Under the pieces are notes generated by a model that saw only the letters and a list, made by a program, of their open reading frames with translations, had not been told where the DNA came from and made no database searches. 64,000 nucleotides of DNA from the NCBI GenBank assembly GCA_959020035.1, contig CAUEQX010000001.1:409-64408 (forward strand), in the 5' to 3' direction. The position numbers were made by a program, and so were the translations under genes. Source of the stretch: an uncultured Collinsella sp. GTDB taxonomy: Bacteria > Actinomycetota > Coriobacteriia > Coriobacteriales > Coriobacteriaceae. Shown here in pieces: positions 51,073-59,847 of this stretch (the stretch's first letter is position 1; every line of letters begins with the position of its first letter).

Positions 51073-51786
51073 CTAGCCTTGGGTGACCAGTCGGTAACCG
51101 ATGCCCACGTGCGTTTGGATATAGCGCGGATGCGCGGGGTCGGACTCGATCTTCTTGCGCAGCGTGCCCATAAAGACACGCAGGCTCGCCAGGTCGCTCT
51201 TAGTTGCCGTGCCCCAAATCTCGTGCAGGATAAACTGATGCGTCAGCACCTTGTCGGCGTTATGCGCCAGCAGGCATAGCAGTTTGTACTCGATCGGCGT
51301 CAGATGCAGCTCCTCGCCATCCATCGTGGCGATGCCGGCATCAAAATCGATATGCAGCTCACCGGTATCGAACGAGCCCTCGGAGGCAACGCCGCCCGTT
51401 TGCGCATACGAAAGGCGCCTGAGTGTCGTACGAATGCGCGCGAGCAGCTCCTCGACCGAAAACGGCTTGGTCAGGTAGTCGTCGGCTCCGGCATCGAGCG
51501 CGCGGATCTTGTCCGCGTCCTCGCTGCGCGCCGAAACCACGATGATCGGCATGCCCGACCATGCGCGCACCGACTCCACCACCTTGACGCCGTCCATATC
51601 GGGCAGGCCCAGATCGAGTAGCACGATGCTCGGCGCCTGCGACGAGGCAGCGGCAATAGCGGCATGGGCGGTCTCCACGGCCATATGGCGCAAGCCGTGC
51701 GCCTCGAGCGCGGCAACGATAAGGTTGCGAACGGCGGGGTCGTCCTCAACGACCAAGATGAGCGGTTTTACGGCAGAGTTCGGCAC
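51073..51786 (-). CDS. kdpE: OmpR-family response regulator, KdpE-like
   Basis: VVEDD, LDLGLPDMDG, GADDYLTKPF, LRVFM..LRKKIE.DP..PRYI.T; GTG start. Confidence 0.85.
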   Translation of the reverse strand: MPNSAVKPLILVVEDDPAVRNLIVAALEAHGLRHMAVETAHAAIAAASSQAPSIVLLDLGLPDMDGVKVVESVRAWSGMPIIVVSARSEDADKIRALDAGADDYLTKPFSVEELLARIRTTLRRLSYAQTGGVASEGSFDTGELHIDFDAGIATMDGEELHLTPIEYKLLCLLAHNADKVLTHQFILHEIWGTATKSDLASLRVFMGTLRKKIESDPAHPRYIQTHVGIGYRLVTQG

Positions 51787-51790
51787 AGCG

Positions 51791-53416
51791 TTACTCCTTA
51801 TCAAACGAAACGTCGGCGACGGGAAGCTCAATCGTAAAGACCGAGCCGTGCGGGTCCGCCGCGGCAACCTCTATGCTACCGCCATGCGCCAATGCAATGG
51901 AGCGGCAGAGCGAAAGTCCCAGGCCCACGCTACGGTGGCTGTCGGCCAAACCGTGGTTGGCGGTGTAGAACGACTCAAAGATTCGCTCGCGGTCCTCGGG
52001 CGCAATGCCCGGGCCGTCATCGGCCACCGAGCACGCCACGCGTCCATCGTCGACGCCAATCGAAATCACGATATGCGAGCCTGCGGGCGTATAGGTGATG
52101 GCATTGTTCACCAGATTGACCACCAGCTGCACCATCAGGCGCGCATCGACGTTAACGAGCGCCGGCTCGTCGCACGGCACCACCTTAAGGTCGTGCTCGC
52201 GCACGGCCGGACTTACGTGGCGCAGCGCCTCCTCGACGATATCGTCCATAAGCTCGAGCGTAGTCGACAGATGCATGCCGCCACCCTCGAGTTTGGTGAT
52301 GGCGAGCAGATTCTCGACGGTGGCGTTGAGCCACAGCGCATCCGAGCGAATGGATAGAAGCAGGCCGCGGCGCGTCTGGGCATCGAGCACCGCGGTGCCG
52401 GTCGAGCCCTGATCGAGCAGCACGTCGGCATTTCCCGAAATACTGGTAAGCGGCGTGCGCAGATCGTGCGAGATGGAGCGCAGCAGGTTGGCGCGCAGCT
52501 GTTCGTTTTTGGCGAGCACCGCCGCTTCTTCGCGGGCCTCCATGGCGCGGGCGCGATCGAGCGCCAGCTCGCCTTCGCTCACGATGGCATCGGCAAGTGT
52601 CCGTTCCTCATGTGTCAGCACGTCGGGCTCGGCAACGATAGCCAGCACGCCCACCACCGAGGCGGGGTCGCCCGAGCGCACGAAGCCGTCGCCTGTGCGA
52701 ACCGTCAGGTAGATGCCATAAAACGCCGATCCGCCATAGGTGGCATCGAGCGGCGTACCCACATAGGCGGACGCCGAGAGCCGCGGCGGCATCTGCGGCG
52801 CCAGTTCGTGCACCGGTGCGGCATCGCCCACGGCCGTGTAAGTCGCGCGCGGCAGCAGGTCATCGCCCTCGGCGTCGGCGCTGTACCACACGACCGGACA
52901 GCCCGAAAGACGCGCCAGCTGCGTGGCCATGGCGTGAACGATCTGCTGCTCGTCGGCGCACCGCTGCAGCATGCGGTTGGTCTCGAGCACCATATGCGTG
53001 CGGCGGTCGCTAGCGGCAGCCTGTGCCAAGGCGCGGCGCAGGGCCAACGCAATCGAGCTCGACACAAGCGAGACCACGAACATGATGAAGAACATGCCGG
53101 GATAGCCGCGGTCGATAAGCGACAGCGAGTAGCGCGGGTCGACAAACAAGAAGTTGTAGAGCGCCACGGCGGCAGCCGAGCTCAGCAAGCAATACAGGCG
53201 ACTCCAGGTAAAGAATGCGCACAGCTGAACGGCGAACACATAGACGATCATGATGCTCGGCGCGAGACCCGGATGGTCGAGCAGCGCGCCCACAATCGTC
53301 GCCGCGACCAGCAGCCCCACCGATACGCAGGCGTCATACAGAGGAGTGCGGCGCGTCAGCGTTGTGCGCCGCCACCAAAAGCTATCGGCAATATCGCCGT
53401 CCGTACGGACGTCCAT
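51791..53416 (-). CDS. kdpD: KdpD-like sensor kinase lacking the N-terminal cytoplasmic domains
   Basis: 4-TM region (YNFLFVDPRYS), GAF-like linker, EQLRANLLRSISHDLRTPLTSI, HATPase boxes. Confidence 0.82.
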   Translation of the reverse strand: MDVRTDGDIADSFWWRRTTLTRRTPLYDACVSVGLLVAATIVGALLDHPGLAPSIMIVYVFAVQLCAFFTWSRLYCLLSSAAAVALYNFLFVDPRYSLSLIDRGYPGMFFIMFVVSLVSSSIALALRRALAQAAASDRRTHMVLETNRMLQRCADEQQIVHAMATQLARLSGCPVVWYSADAEGDDLLPRATYTAVGDAAPVHELAPQMPPRLSASAYVGTPLDATYGGSAFYGIYLTVRTGDGFVRSGDPASVVGVLAIVAEPDVLTHEERTLADAIVSEGELALDRARAMEAREEAAVLAKNEQLRANLLRSISHDLRTPLTSISGNADVLLDQGSTGTAVLDAQTRRGLLLSIRSDALWLNATVENLLAITKLEGGGMHLSTTLELMDDIVEEALRHVSPAVREHDLKVVPCDEPALVNVDARLMVQLVVNLVNNAITYTPAGSHIVISIGVDDGRVACSVADDGPGIAPEDRERIFESFYTANHGLADSHRSVGLGLSLCRSIALAHGGSIEVAAADPHGSVFTIELPVADVSFDKE

Positions 53417-53444
53417 CAGTGCCCCGCCCCTCTCTCAAAAACAA

Positions 53445-53496
53445 AAACCACCACAAAGGGACAGGCACCTTTGTGGTGGTTTCCCTTGTGGTGGTT
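53445..53496. repeat. REP-like palindrome (family-2 architecture) plus duplicated right arm
   Basis: AAACCACCACAAAGG-GACAGGCA-CCTTTGTGGTGGTTT then CCCTTGTGGTGGTT. Confidence 0.75.
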
Positions 53497-53527
53497 CCAA
53501 GTGTATAGCCTTTGCAACCGGCGGTCG

Positions 53528-53752
53528 CTAGACAAATAGCACGTGCGCGAGCAGGGCACACACGCACACCGCTCCAAATACCAGTGCCACGATCGAAATT
53601 ACGCGATCGGCCATATCCATGTTGGCACGGTTCGTAAGGAACCGATCTTCGGCGGCGTCGACACGCGCCTCACGCACCATTTCGACCACCGCCTCGCGGC
53701 CATCGAGCGCCTTTGCATCCATGTTTGCCTCCCCGGCCTCAATCTTGTCCAT
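53528..53752 (-). CDS. Small hypothetical membrane protein
   Basis: 74 aa, GGAG RBS, one C-terminal TM helix, between kup and kdpD on the same strand. Confidence 0.6.
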   Translation of the reverse strand: MDKIEAGEANMDAKALDGREAVVEMVREARVDAAEDRFLTNRANMDMADRVISIVALVFGAVCVCALLAHVLFV

Positions 53753-53783
53753 CGAAAACCAACTCCATGCAGCCTGTCGGCGA

Positions 53784-55811
53784 CTACGGCCGCTCGTTGG
53801 GGGCCAAGCGCTGCATCTTATTCACGGCCTTGAACTTGGTGAACAGCGGCACGTACTCAAAGCTCACGTTGGAGTTCTCCAGGCCGTACCAACGCGCGGG
53901 CGTGCCGGCGGCGCGGCGAATGATGTACTTGAGCGTGATGGCCGTACGCTCGCTGGGCTCCACATCGCTTTCGGGCGCCAGAAGCTTACGGATCAGGACG
54001 AACTTGAACGTGCCGATGTTACCCGGATCCTTGTAGACCGAGTAGTCATGCGTCTGCGGCGGCAGCTCGCCGGTGGCAGCCAGGTCCTGAACGACCTGAC
54101 GCAGATAGGCATTGACGCGCTGGTTAATCTTGTAGCCCAGGTACAGATGCACTCGGAACACGTAGTCGGTGCCGAACGTCTCGACCGAATAGGCAAAGGT
54201 ATGCGGCTCGTCCATGGTCTCGACATTCACAAACCACCAGGCGCGGGCGCGCTTGGGATGCTTATCCAAGATCGAGTAGACGATATCGCGGTCGATGTAG
54301 TCGGTATGGGTGTCCTTGGTCAGGTACACGATGTTGTCGCTCAGGCGCTCGTAGCGATCGTCATCGCGCAGGCGCTTGAGCTGCGGCAGGTAGCTGCGCA
54401 GCGGCAGCAGCGTAAACTGGCGCTGCTCGACCGCCGTGCCGTTGTACCAGCACACCATAATGCCCATGATGAGTGCAGCCATGAGGATGGTGAAGTAGCC
54501 ACCGTGGAAGAACTTGGTGAGTGAGCTCACGAAGAAGAAGCCTTCGAGCAAAAGGAAGAAGGCCGCGAAGATCCACGGAGCAACCTTGAGCTTGCGCTCC
54601 TCGTGCAGGTAGAAGAAGAGCAGCAGCGTGGTGCACATCATAGTCAGCGTAATGGCAAGGCCGTACGCGGCTTCCATATGCGCCGAGTTCTGGAACAGCA
54701 GCACCACGATGACGCAGCCGACAAGCATGACGTTGTTGACCATGGGGATGTAGAGCTGACCCTTGGTCTCGGCAGGGTAGAAGACCTGCATGTGCGGCAT
54801 GAGGTCCAGACGGCTGGCCTCAGACACCAGCGAAAACGCGCCGGTGATGAGCGCCTGCGAGGCAATGATGGCCGCGATGGTGGAAAGGCCAACGGCAAAC
54901 GGGCGCAGGCCCGGAGTGAGCATCTGGTAGAACGGGTTGAGGTCGGCAATGCCCATGAGCTCGGGGTTGGCAGCGTTGTTCATAAGCCAAGCGCCCTGGC
55001 CCATATAGGAAAGCAGCAGGCAGCACTTAACGAACGGCCAGGTAGCGTAGATGTTGCCGCGGCCGACGTGGCCCATGTCGGAGTAGAGCGCCTCGGCACC
55101 GGTGGTGGCGAGGAAGCAGCTGCCCAGAATCATGATGCCCGCGTGGTTGTTGGGGCTCAGCAAAAAGGCGATGCCGCGCACCGGGTTGAGGCACAGCAGC
55201 ACGGCGGGGTGCTGGAAAACAAAGAACAGACCCGTGCCGCCCAGGAACAGGAACCACAGCGTCATGATGGGGCCAAAGGCGTGACCGATCTTGGCCGTAC
55301 CGATGCGCTGTACCAAGAAGAGCACAATGATGATGGCGAGCGTAATGGCGACGACGCGACCCTGGTCATCGCCCAGCACGGCATGGACCGCCGGGATGGT
55401 GCGCAGGCCCTCGATGGCCGTGGTAACGGTAACGGCAGGTGTCAGGATGCCGTCGGCGAGCAGCGCGGCGCCACCCAGCATGGCGGGGATGATGAGCCAC
55501 TTGCCGCAGCGCTTGACCAGGCTGTACAGGGCAAAGATGCCGCCCTCACCATGGTTATCGGCGCGCAGCGAGATGAGCACATACTTGATGGTGGTCAGCA
55601 GCGTGACCGTCCACACGACAAGGGAGAGCGCGCCGAGCACGAACTCCTCCGTGACGCTTCCGATGCCGCCGTTGCCGGCAACGAGCGCCTTGGTTACATA
55701 CATAGGGCTGGTGCCGATATCGCCGTACACCACGCCCAGCGTGACGAGCATCGCCGAGATGCTCACAGGAATCGCAGCGTGCGAAGCTGCCTCCTTGGCC
55801 TTTTGTTCCAT
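53784..55811 (-). CDS. kup: KUP/HAK/KT potassium transporter
   Basis: GVVYGDIGTSPMY, GEGGIFALY, DGILTPA, TGAEALYSDMGH, AAYGLAI. Confidence 0.97.
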   Translation of the reverse strand: MEQKAKEAASHAAIPVSISAMLVTLGVVYGDIGTSPMYVTKALVAGNGGIGSVTEEFVLGALSLVVWTVTLLTTIKYVLISLRADNHGEGGIFALYSLVKRCGKWLIIPAMLGGAALLADGILTPAVTVTTAIEGLRTIPAVHAVLGDDQGRVVAITLAIIIVLFLVQRIGTAKIGHAFGPIMTLWFLFLGGTGLFFVFQHPAVLLCLNPVRGIAFLLSPNNHAGIMILGSCFLATTGAEALYSDMGHVGRGNIYATWPFVKCCLLLSYMGQGAWLMNNAANPELMGIADLNPFYQMLTPGLRPFAVGLSTIAAIIASQALITGAFSLVSEASRLDLMPHMQVFYPAETKGQLYIPMVNNVMLVGCVIVVLLFQNSAHMEAAYGLAITLTMMCTTLLLFFYLHEERKLKVAPWIFAAFFLLLEGFFFVSSLTKFFHGGYFTILMAALIMGIMVCWYNGTAVEQRQFTLLPLRSYLPQLKRLRDDDRYERLSDNIVYLTKDTHTDYIDRDIVYSILDKHPKRARAWWFVNVETMDEPHTFAYSVETFGTDYVFRVHLYLGYKINQRVNAYLRQVVQDLAATGELPPQTHDYSVYKDPGNIGTFKFVLIRKLLAPESDVEPSERTAITLKYIIRRAAGTPARWYGLENSNVSFEYVPLFTKFKAVNKMQRLAPNERP

Positions 55812-55846
55812 AAGCCGGTTTCCTCCCAACTTTAATGTTCGAAGGG

Positions 55847-55917
55847 ATTATAGGTAATCGGCCCATGTTTTAATGCACTGTTTTCCCAGCTAGATAAAGA
55901 TTTATACAGTCTTTAGG
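55847..55917 (-). promoter_or_regulatory. kup promoter with candidate response-regulator direct repeat
   Basis: TATAAT at 55852-55847 with a poor -35; TTTATA-N5-TTTAGG repeat at 55901-55917. Confidence 0.45.
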
Positions 55918-55936
55918 CTACCGCGGCGATATGAAG

Positions 55937-55965
55937 TGTGACAAAGGGACTATCCCCTTGTCACA
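55937..55965. repeat. REP-like palindrome, family 2
   Basis: TGTGACAAAGGGA-CTA-TCCCCTTGTCACA. Confidence 0.82.
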
Positions 55966-55969
55966 TTCG

Positions 55970-56845
55970 TCATTTTCCGAGCCAGTTTTTGAACCACCAC
56001 TCCATGGAGCGGCTCATCTCGGCCATAAAGGGGCTCGTGTGCTTGCGGGTGTAGATATCCACGACGCGCTCCCCCACCTCGCGGGCGTGCGGGCGAAACA
56101 TCGCATCCATCTCGGCCACCTGCGCATCCATAGTCGCGGCATCCGCACGGCAGTAGCGCTCCTCGTGCACCAGGTTCACCACGGGGTGCGCGATTGCCGG
56201 GCGCTCCTTACGGGGCGTGCCGATGATGAGCATCGACAGCGGCATGGTATAGGGCGGCAGATCGAGCAGCGCGGCAACTTCCTCGGCGTTCTCGACGATG
56301 TCGCCGATATAGCAGCTCCCCAGCCCCAGGGCCTCGGCGGCAACCACGGCGTTTTGCGCGGCGATCACGGCATCCTGAGCCGCGATGGCAAAGTCGCCCA
56401 GACCCGGCGCGCGGCGGGGCGCCTTGCCCGTACGCTCTACAAACTCGGGCTCAAAGCAGCCCACGTGCTCAAACAGATCGATCCACTTGGCATAGTCGAC
56501 CACAAATATAAGTGCCCAGGGCGCCTTGGCGATCATGGGCTGGTGGTCGCACAGGTCGGCCAGGCGGTCGAGCGTTGCCTGCTCGCGGACGCTCACGATG
56601 GAATACATCATCATGGCGCCCGCCGACGGCGCGCGGCTCGCCGCATGCAAGATCGCCGCCCGCTGCTCGTCGGTCACCGCCACGGGACGGTCGTCGTCAT
56701 CACGCGCGAAGGCACGCGTGGACGAGCGGTGTTCCAAGATGTCCAGCGCCGCGTTGCCCGTAGTCTCGACCGGATAGCCGCCCGCGTCCACGCCCACAGC
56801 TCCGCCGCAGTACTCGGTGCCCGTCATACAAACCTGCTCGCCCAT
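55970..56845 (-). CDS. Nitroreductase family protein (NfsA/FRP-like)
   Basis: HRSSTRAF, RAPS, AAQNAVVAAEALGLGSCYIG. Confidence 0.9.
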   Translation of the reverse strand: MGEQVCMTGTEYCGGAVGVDAGGYPVETTGNAALDILEHRSSTRAFARDDDDRPVAVTDEQRAAILHAASRAPSAGAMMMYSIVSVREQATLDRLADLCDHQPMIAKAPWALIFVVDYAKWIDLFEHVGCFEPEFVERTGKAPRRAPGLGDFAIAAQDAVIAAQNAVVAAEALGLGSCYIGDIVENAEEVAALLDLPPYTMPLSMLIIGTPRKERPAIAHPVVNLVHEERYCRADAATMDAQVAEMDAMFRPHAREVGERVVDIYTRKHTSPFMAEMSRSMEWWFKNWLGK

Positions 56846-57058
56846 AGCTCTATCCTCGCTAATTCTTTAAGAAGCCTTTACGTTTCCGTGTAATTCCCGT
56901 CCATTATCGCGCAGGCCGCCACTACATTGCGCCACACCGCCGCACGTGCGCGTTAATATGGCTGGTTGTTGTGCGCAGCCACCAATTGCAGCGCATATCT
57001 TGGTAACAATCGGGTAAACCCCCGCTTTCGTACGTTTTAGTTTGTGAGGAGTCTCAGC

Positions 57059-59359
57059 ATGTTCGCTGCCGCCATCTCGCTCGTCGGTCTTGCGGCGACC
57101 GTCTACCTTGTCTTGCGCGAGGCCAAGGCCATTCGCGCTCAGTCGGGCACCGTTGCCAAAAGCGCTCTTGGGTGGAGCGTCGTCTTCGGCCTGTTCCAGG
57201 TCTTTTTGACTATTTGGGGCGCCATTGGCCTCGTCGCCCAAAACGAGCCGCTCGCCTTTGTGATGCTCATCCTGACCAACGCCATCCTCACCGGATGCGC
57301 CTGGGCCAGCATCGCCCGCGATCGCATCGCCCCGCGCGTCTTTGCGTTCGCCAAGCCCGACGCCCCCGCCCCCACCGGCAAGCTCGCCCGCCTGCGCGGC
57401 GCCTTTGTGGGCAAACCACTCGTCGCCGCCGTCCTGTGCCTGCTGCTCGCCGGCGTCTTTGCGCTGCTGGGCATGGAGGTCTCATCCAACCACGACTTTA
57501 CCTGGGTCTACCCCCTGTGCATCCTGCTCGAGTGGGCCATCATCACCGTGCTCATGATCGGCTTGTTCTTCCTGTTCCAGCGCCACGGCGCAGCTCCCGC
57601 GGTCCTGGCCTTTGCCCTCTTTGTCCTGGGCATTGCCGAGTTCTTCGTCATCACGTTTAAATCCATGCCCATCCAGCCGGGCGACCTTTCGGCCATCTCC
57701 ACCGCCGCCGCGGTCGCCGGCACCGGCTACACCTTCTCCATCTCGCTGTTCTGTGTGCTGTCCATGGGCTTTACCGCCATCGCCATGCTGCTGTGCGAGT
57801 ACGCCGGCCTGGTGGCACCGCACCGTCAGAAGGGTGCCGCCAACGCCAAGCGCATGCTGCTCACCAACCTGCTCGTGGCAGTGCTGTGCCTGGGCGGCGT
57901 AACCGCGCATGTCACGCTCATCGACTACTACAACACCCTCGGCATCACCGTCTACACCTGGCGCCCGCTCGAGAGCTACTGGCGCGAGGGCTACCTGCCC
58001 GCCTTTATTAGTGCGGCGCAGTCCATCAAGCCGCCCAAACCCGCCGACTACTCCGTCGACGATGCCAAGGCCACGCTCAAAAAGTACGCCAAGGCCTACG
58101 ACAAGTCCGACGCGGCCAAGAGCGACGAGCGCGCCGCCGCAAAGGAGCAGTTCGACAGCGAGAAGCCCACGGTCATCGCCATCATGAACGAGACCTTCTC
58201 AGACCTTTCGATCTACCAGAACATGCGCGCCGGCTACGAGGGCCCGCAGTACTTTAAGAACCTGTCCAACTGCCTCAGCCGCGGCAAGCTCTATGTGAGC
58301 GCCTACGGCGGCGGTACCGCCAATACCGAGTTTGAGTTTATGACCGGCAACTCCATGGCCAACCTGGGCTCGGGCGTGTACCCCTACACCATCTACAACA
58401 TGGAGACGACCGGGAACCTGGCAGAACAGTTCAAATCGCTCGGCTATTCCACCACGGCCATGCACCCCAACCACGCGACCAACTGGAACCGCGAGAACGT
58501 CTACAAGGACTTTGGCTTTGACCAGTTCCTGTCTATCAATGACTTCCAGGGAGCCGACACCCTGCGCGGCATGGTGACCGACCAGGCTACCTACGACAAG
58601 ATTCTTGAGCTGCTCGACCAGAACGCCGATCCGCAGTTTATCTTCGACGTGACCATGCAGAACCACTCGGGCTACGATACGGGCCTGCTGCCGGTCGACA
58701 AGCAGATGCACCTGAATATCGACACGACCGATTTGGACGCCAAGGCCGTCGAGGACGGCACGCTCTCCGATGTCGACGAGTATGTCTCGTGCATCGAGCA
58801 GTCCGACCAGGCGCTGCGCTACTTCCTCAACGCCCTGAGCAAGCTCGACCGTAAGGTGGTCGTGGTGTTCTGGGGCGACCACCAGCCGTTCTTCCCGTCC
58901 AAGTTCAACGACAAGTGGTTTACCGGCGAGGACGATGCCACGCATCAGGAGCGCCTGTGGCAGACCGACTACATCATCTGGGCTAACTACGACGTTGCCG
59001 GCTGCGACCAGACGAGCGAGGTCGACGACCTGTCCACCAACTACCTGTCCACGCAGCTGATGCAGCTGATCGGCGCACCGCTGACCGACTATCAGAAGGC
59101 GCACATGACGCTGCGCGAGTCGCTGCCCGCTATCAACTCCGTGGGCTACGAGGACGCCAGCCTGCGCTGGGCGCTCTCCTCCAACGTCACCGGCGACGAC
59201 GCCGCTGCCGCAGCCGCCACCAAGGCGCGCGAGGATTACGCCAAGATGCAGTACTACGAGATGTTCCGCGACGGCAAGAACGTCTACACCGAGCACTTCC
59301 AGACCGAGGCCAACGAAACCGACCCCAACCTGGCGCCAGGTACAACCAAGATCAAGTAG
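57059..59359 (+). CDS. LTA synthase family (sulfatase-superfamily) membrane protein
   Basis: Multi-TM N-terminus; NETF, GGGTANTEFE, MHP, TMQNH, WGDHQP. Confidence 0.9.
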   Translation: MFAAAISLVGLAATVYLVLREAKAIRAQSGTVAKSALGWSVVFGLFQVFLTIWGAIGLVAQNEPLAFVMLILTNAILTGCAWASIARDRIAPRVFAFAKPDAPAPTGKLARLRGAFVGKPLVAAVLCLLLAGVFALLGMEVSSNHDFTWVYPLCILLEWAIITVLMIGLFFLFQRHGAAPAVLAFALFVLGIAEFFVITFKSMPIQPGDLSAISTAAAVAGTGYTFSISLFCVLSMGFTAIAMLLCEYAGLVAPHRQKGAANAKRMLLTNLLVAVLCLGGVTAHVTLIDYYNTLGITVYTWRPLESYWREGYLPAFISAAQSIKPPKPADYSVDDAKATLKKYAKAYDKSDAAKSDERAAAKEQFDSEKPTVIAIMNETFSDLSIYQNMRAGYEGPQYFKNLSNCLSRGKLYVSAYGGGTANTEFEFMTGNSMANLGSGVYPYTIYNMETTGNLAEQFKSLGYSTTAMHPNHATNWNRENVYKDFGFDQFLSINDFQGADTLRGMVTDQATYDKILELLDQNADPQFIFDVTMQNHSGYDTGLLPVDKQMHLNIDTTDLDAKAVEDGTLSDVDEYVSCIEQSDQALRYFLNALSKLDRKVVVVFWGDHQPFFPSKFNDKWFTGEDDATHQERLWQTDYIIWANYDVAGCDQTSEVDDLSTNYLSTQLMQLIGAPLTDYQKAHMTLRESLPAINSVGYEDASLRWALSSNVTGDDAAAAAATKAREDYAKMQYYEMFRDGKNVYTEHFQTEANETDPNLAPGTTKIK

Positions 59360-59435
59360 CGGGTCACTCATAACTGAAACGTCTGTCCGGGCGGAGGCAT
59401 ATAAGGTTCCCTGCTCGGACAGTCCTGCGCAAGAC

Positions 59436-59465
59436 GAAGGCCACGTTATGTGGCCTTCTTTGTTT
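59436..59465 (+). terminator. Terminator of the LtaS-family gene
   Basis: GAAGGCCAC/GTGGCCTTC stem plus TTTGTTT. Confidence 0.7.
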
Positions 59466-59467
59466 GC

Positions 59468-59759
59468 GGAAAGTGTGTCCCGGAATTCTTGTCTGGAATG
59501 GGATGCAGTTTCCGCTTGGGACCCGATTGGGAAAGTGTGTCCCACTATTCAGCTGGATTCCGGGATGTATTTTCCGGTTGAGGCTCGTTGGGAAAGTGCG
59601 TCCCACTTTGGGGGCTGATTCTGGGACGTGGTTTCCGGTTGGCTCTCATTGGGAAAGTTCATCCCATTTCTCGGCCTAATTATGGGACGCAGTTTCCCGT
59701 TGAGGACCCTTTGGGAAAGTGCGTCCCGGTCTGGGCGCTAATTGTGGGATGCAGTTTCC
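59468..59759. repeat. Array of five 61-62-bp dual-arm units
   Basis: GGAAAGTKYRTCCC at 59468, 59530, 59591, 59652, 59714; GGGAYGYRKTTTCC at 59500, 59562, 59623, 59684, 59746; inner spacer always 18 nt, outer 15-16 nt. Confidence 0.9.
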
Positions 59760-59781
59760 GCTTGCGGAGTCTCCACTCAAC

Positions 59782-59821
59782 AGAAAACCCGGGTGGCCTG
59801 TTTTTGGCTACCCGGGTTTTT
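59782..59821. terminator. Bidirectional-looking terminator after the surface-protein gene
   Basis: AAAACCCGGGTGGCC/GGCTACCCGGGTTTT stem with T tracts on both strands. Confidence 0.75.
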
Positions 59822-59847
59822 GGGTTGTCGATATGTTCGACTGGCTA

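Noticed and set aside
55830..55970. c-di-AMP (ydaO) riboswitch upstream of kup
   Set aside because: The leader after the TATAAT box is only about 30 nt and no aptamer-like sequence is visible.
59468..59759. CRISPR array call
   Set aside because: Two alternating degenerate 14-nt arms, 15-18-nt spacers, no leader or cas genes; reported as a non-CRISPR array.
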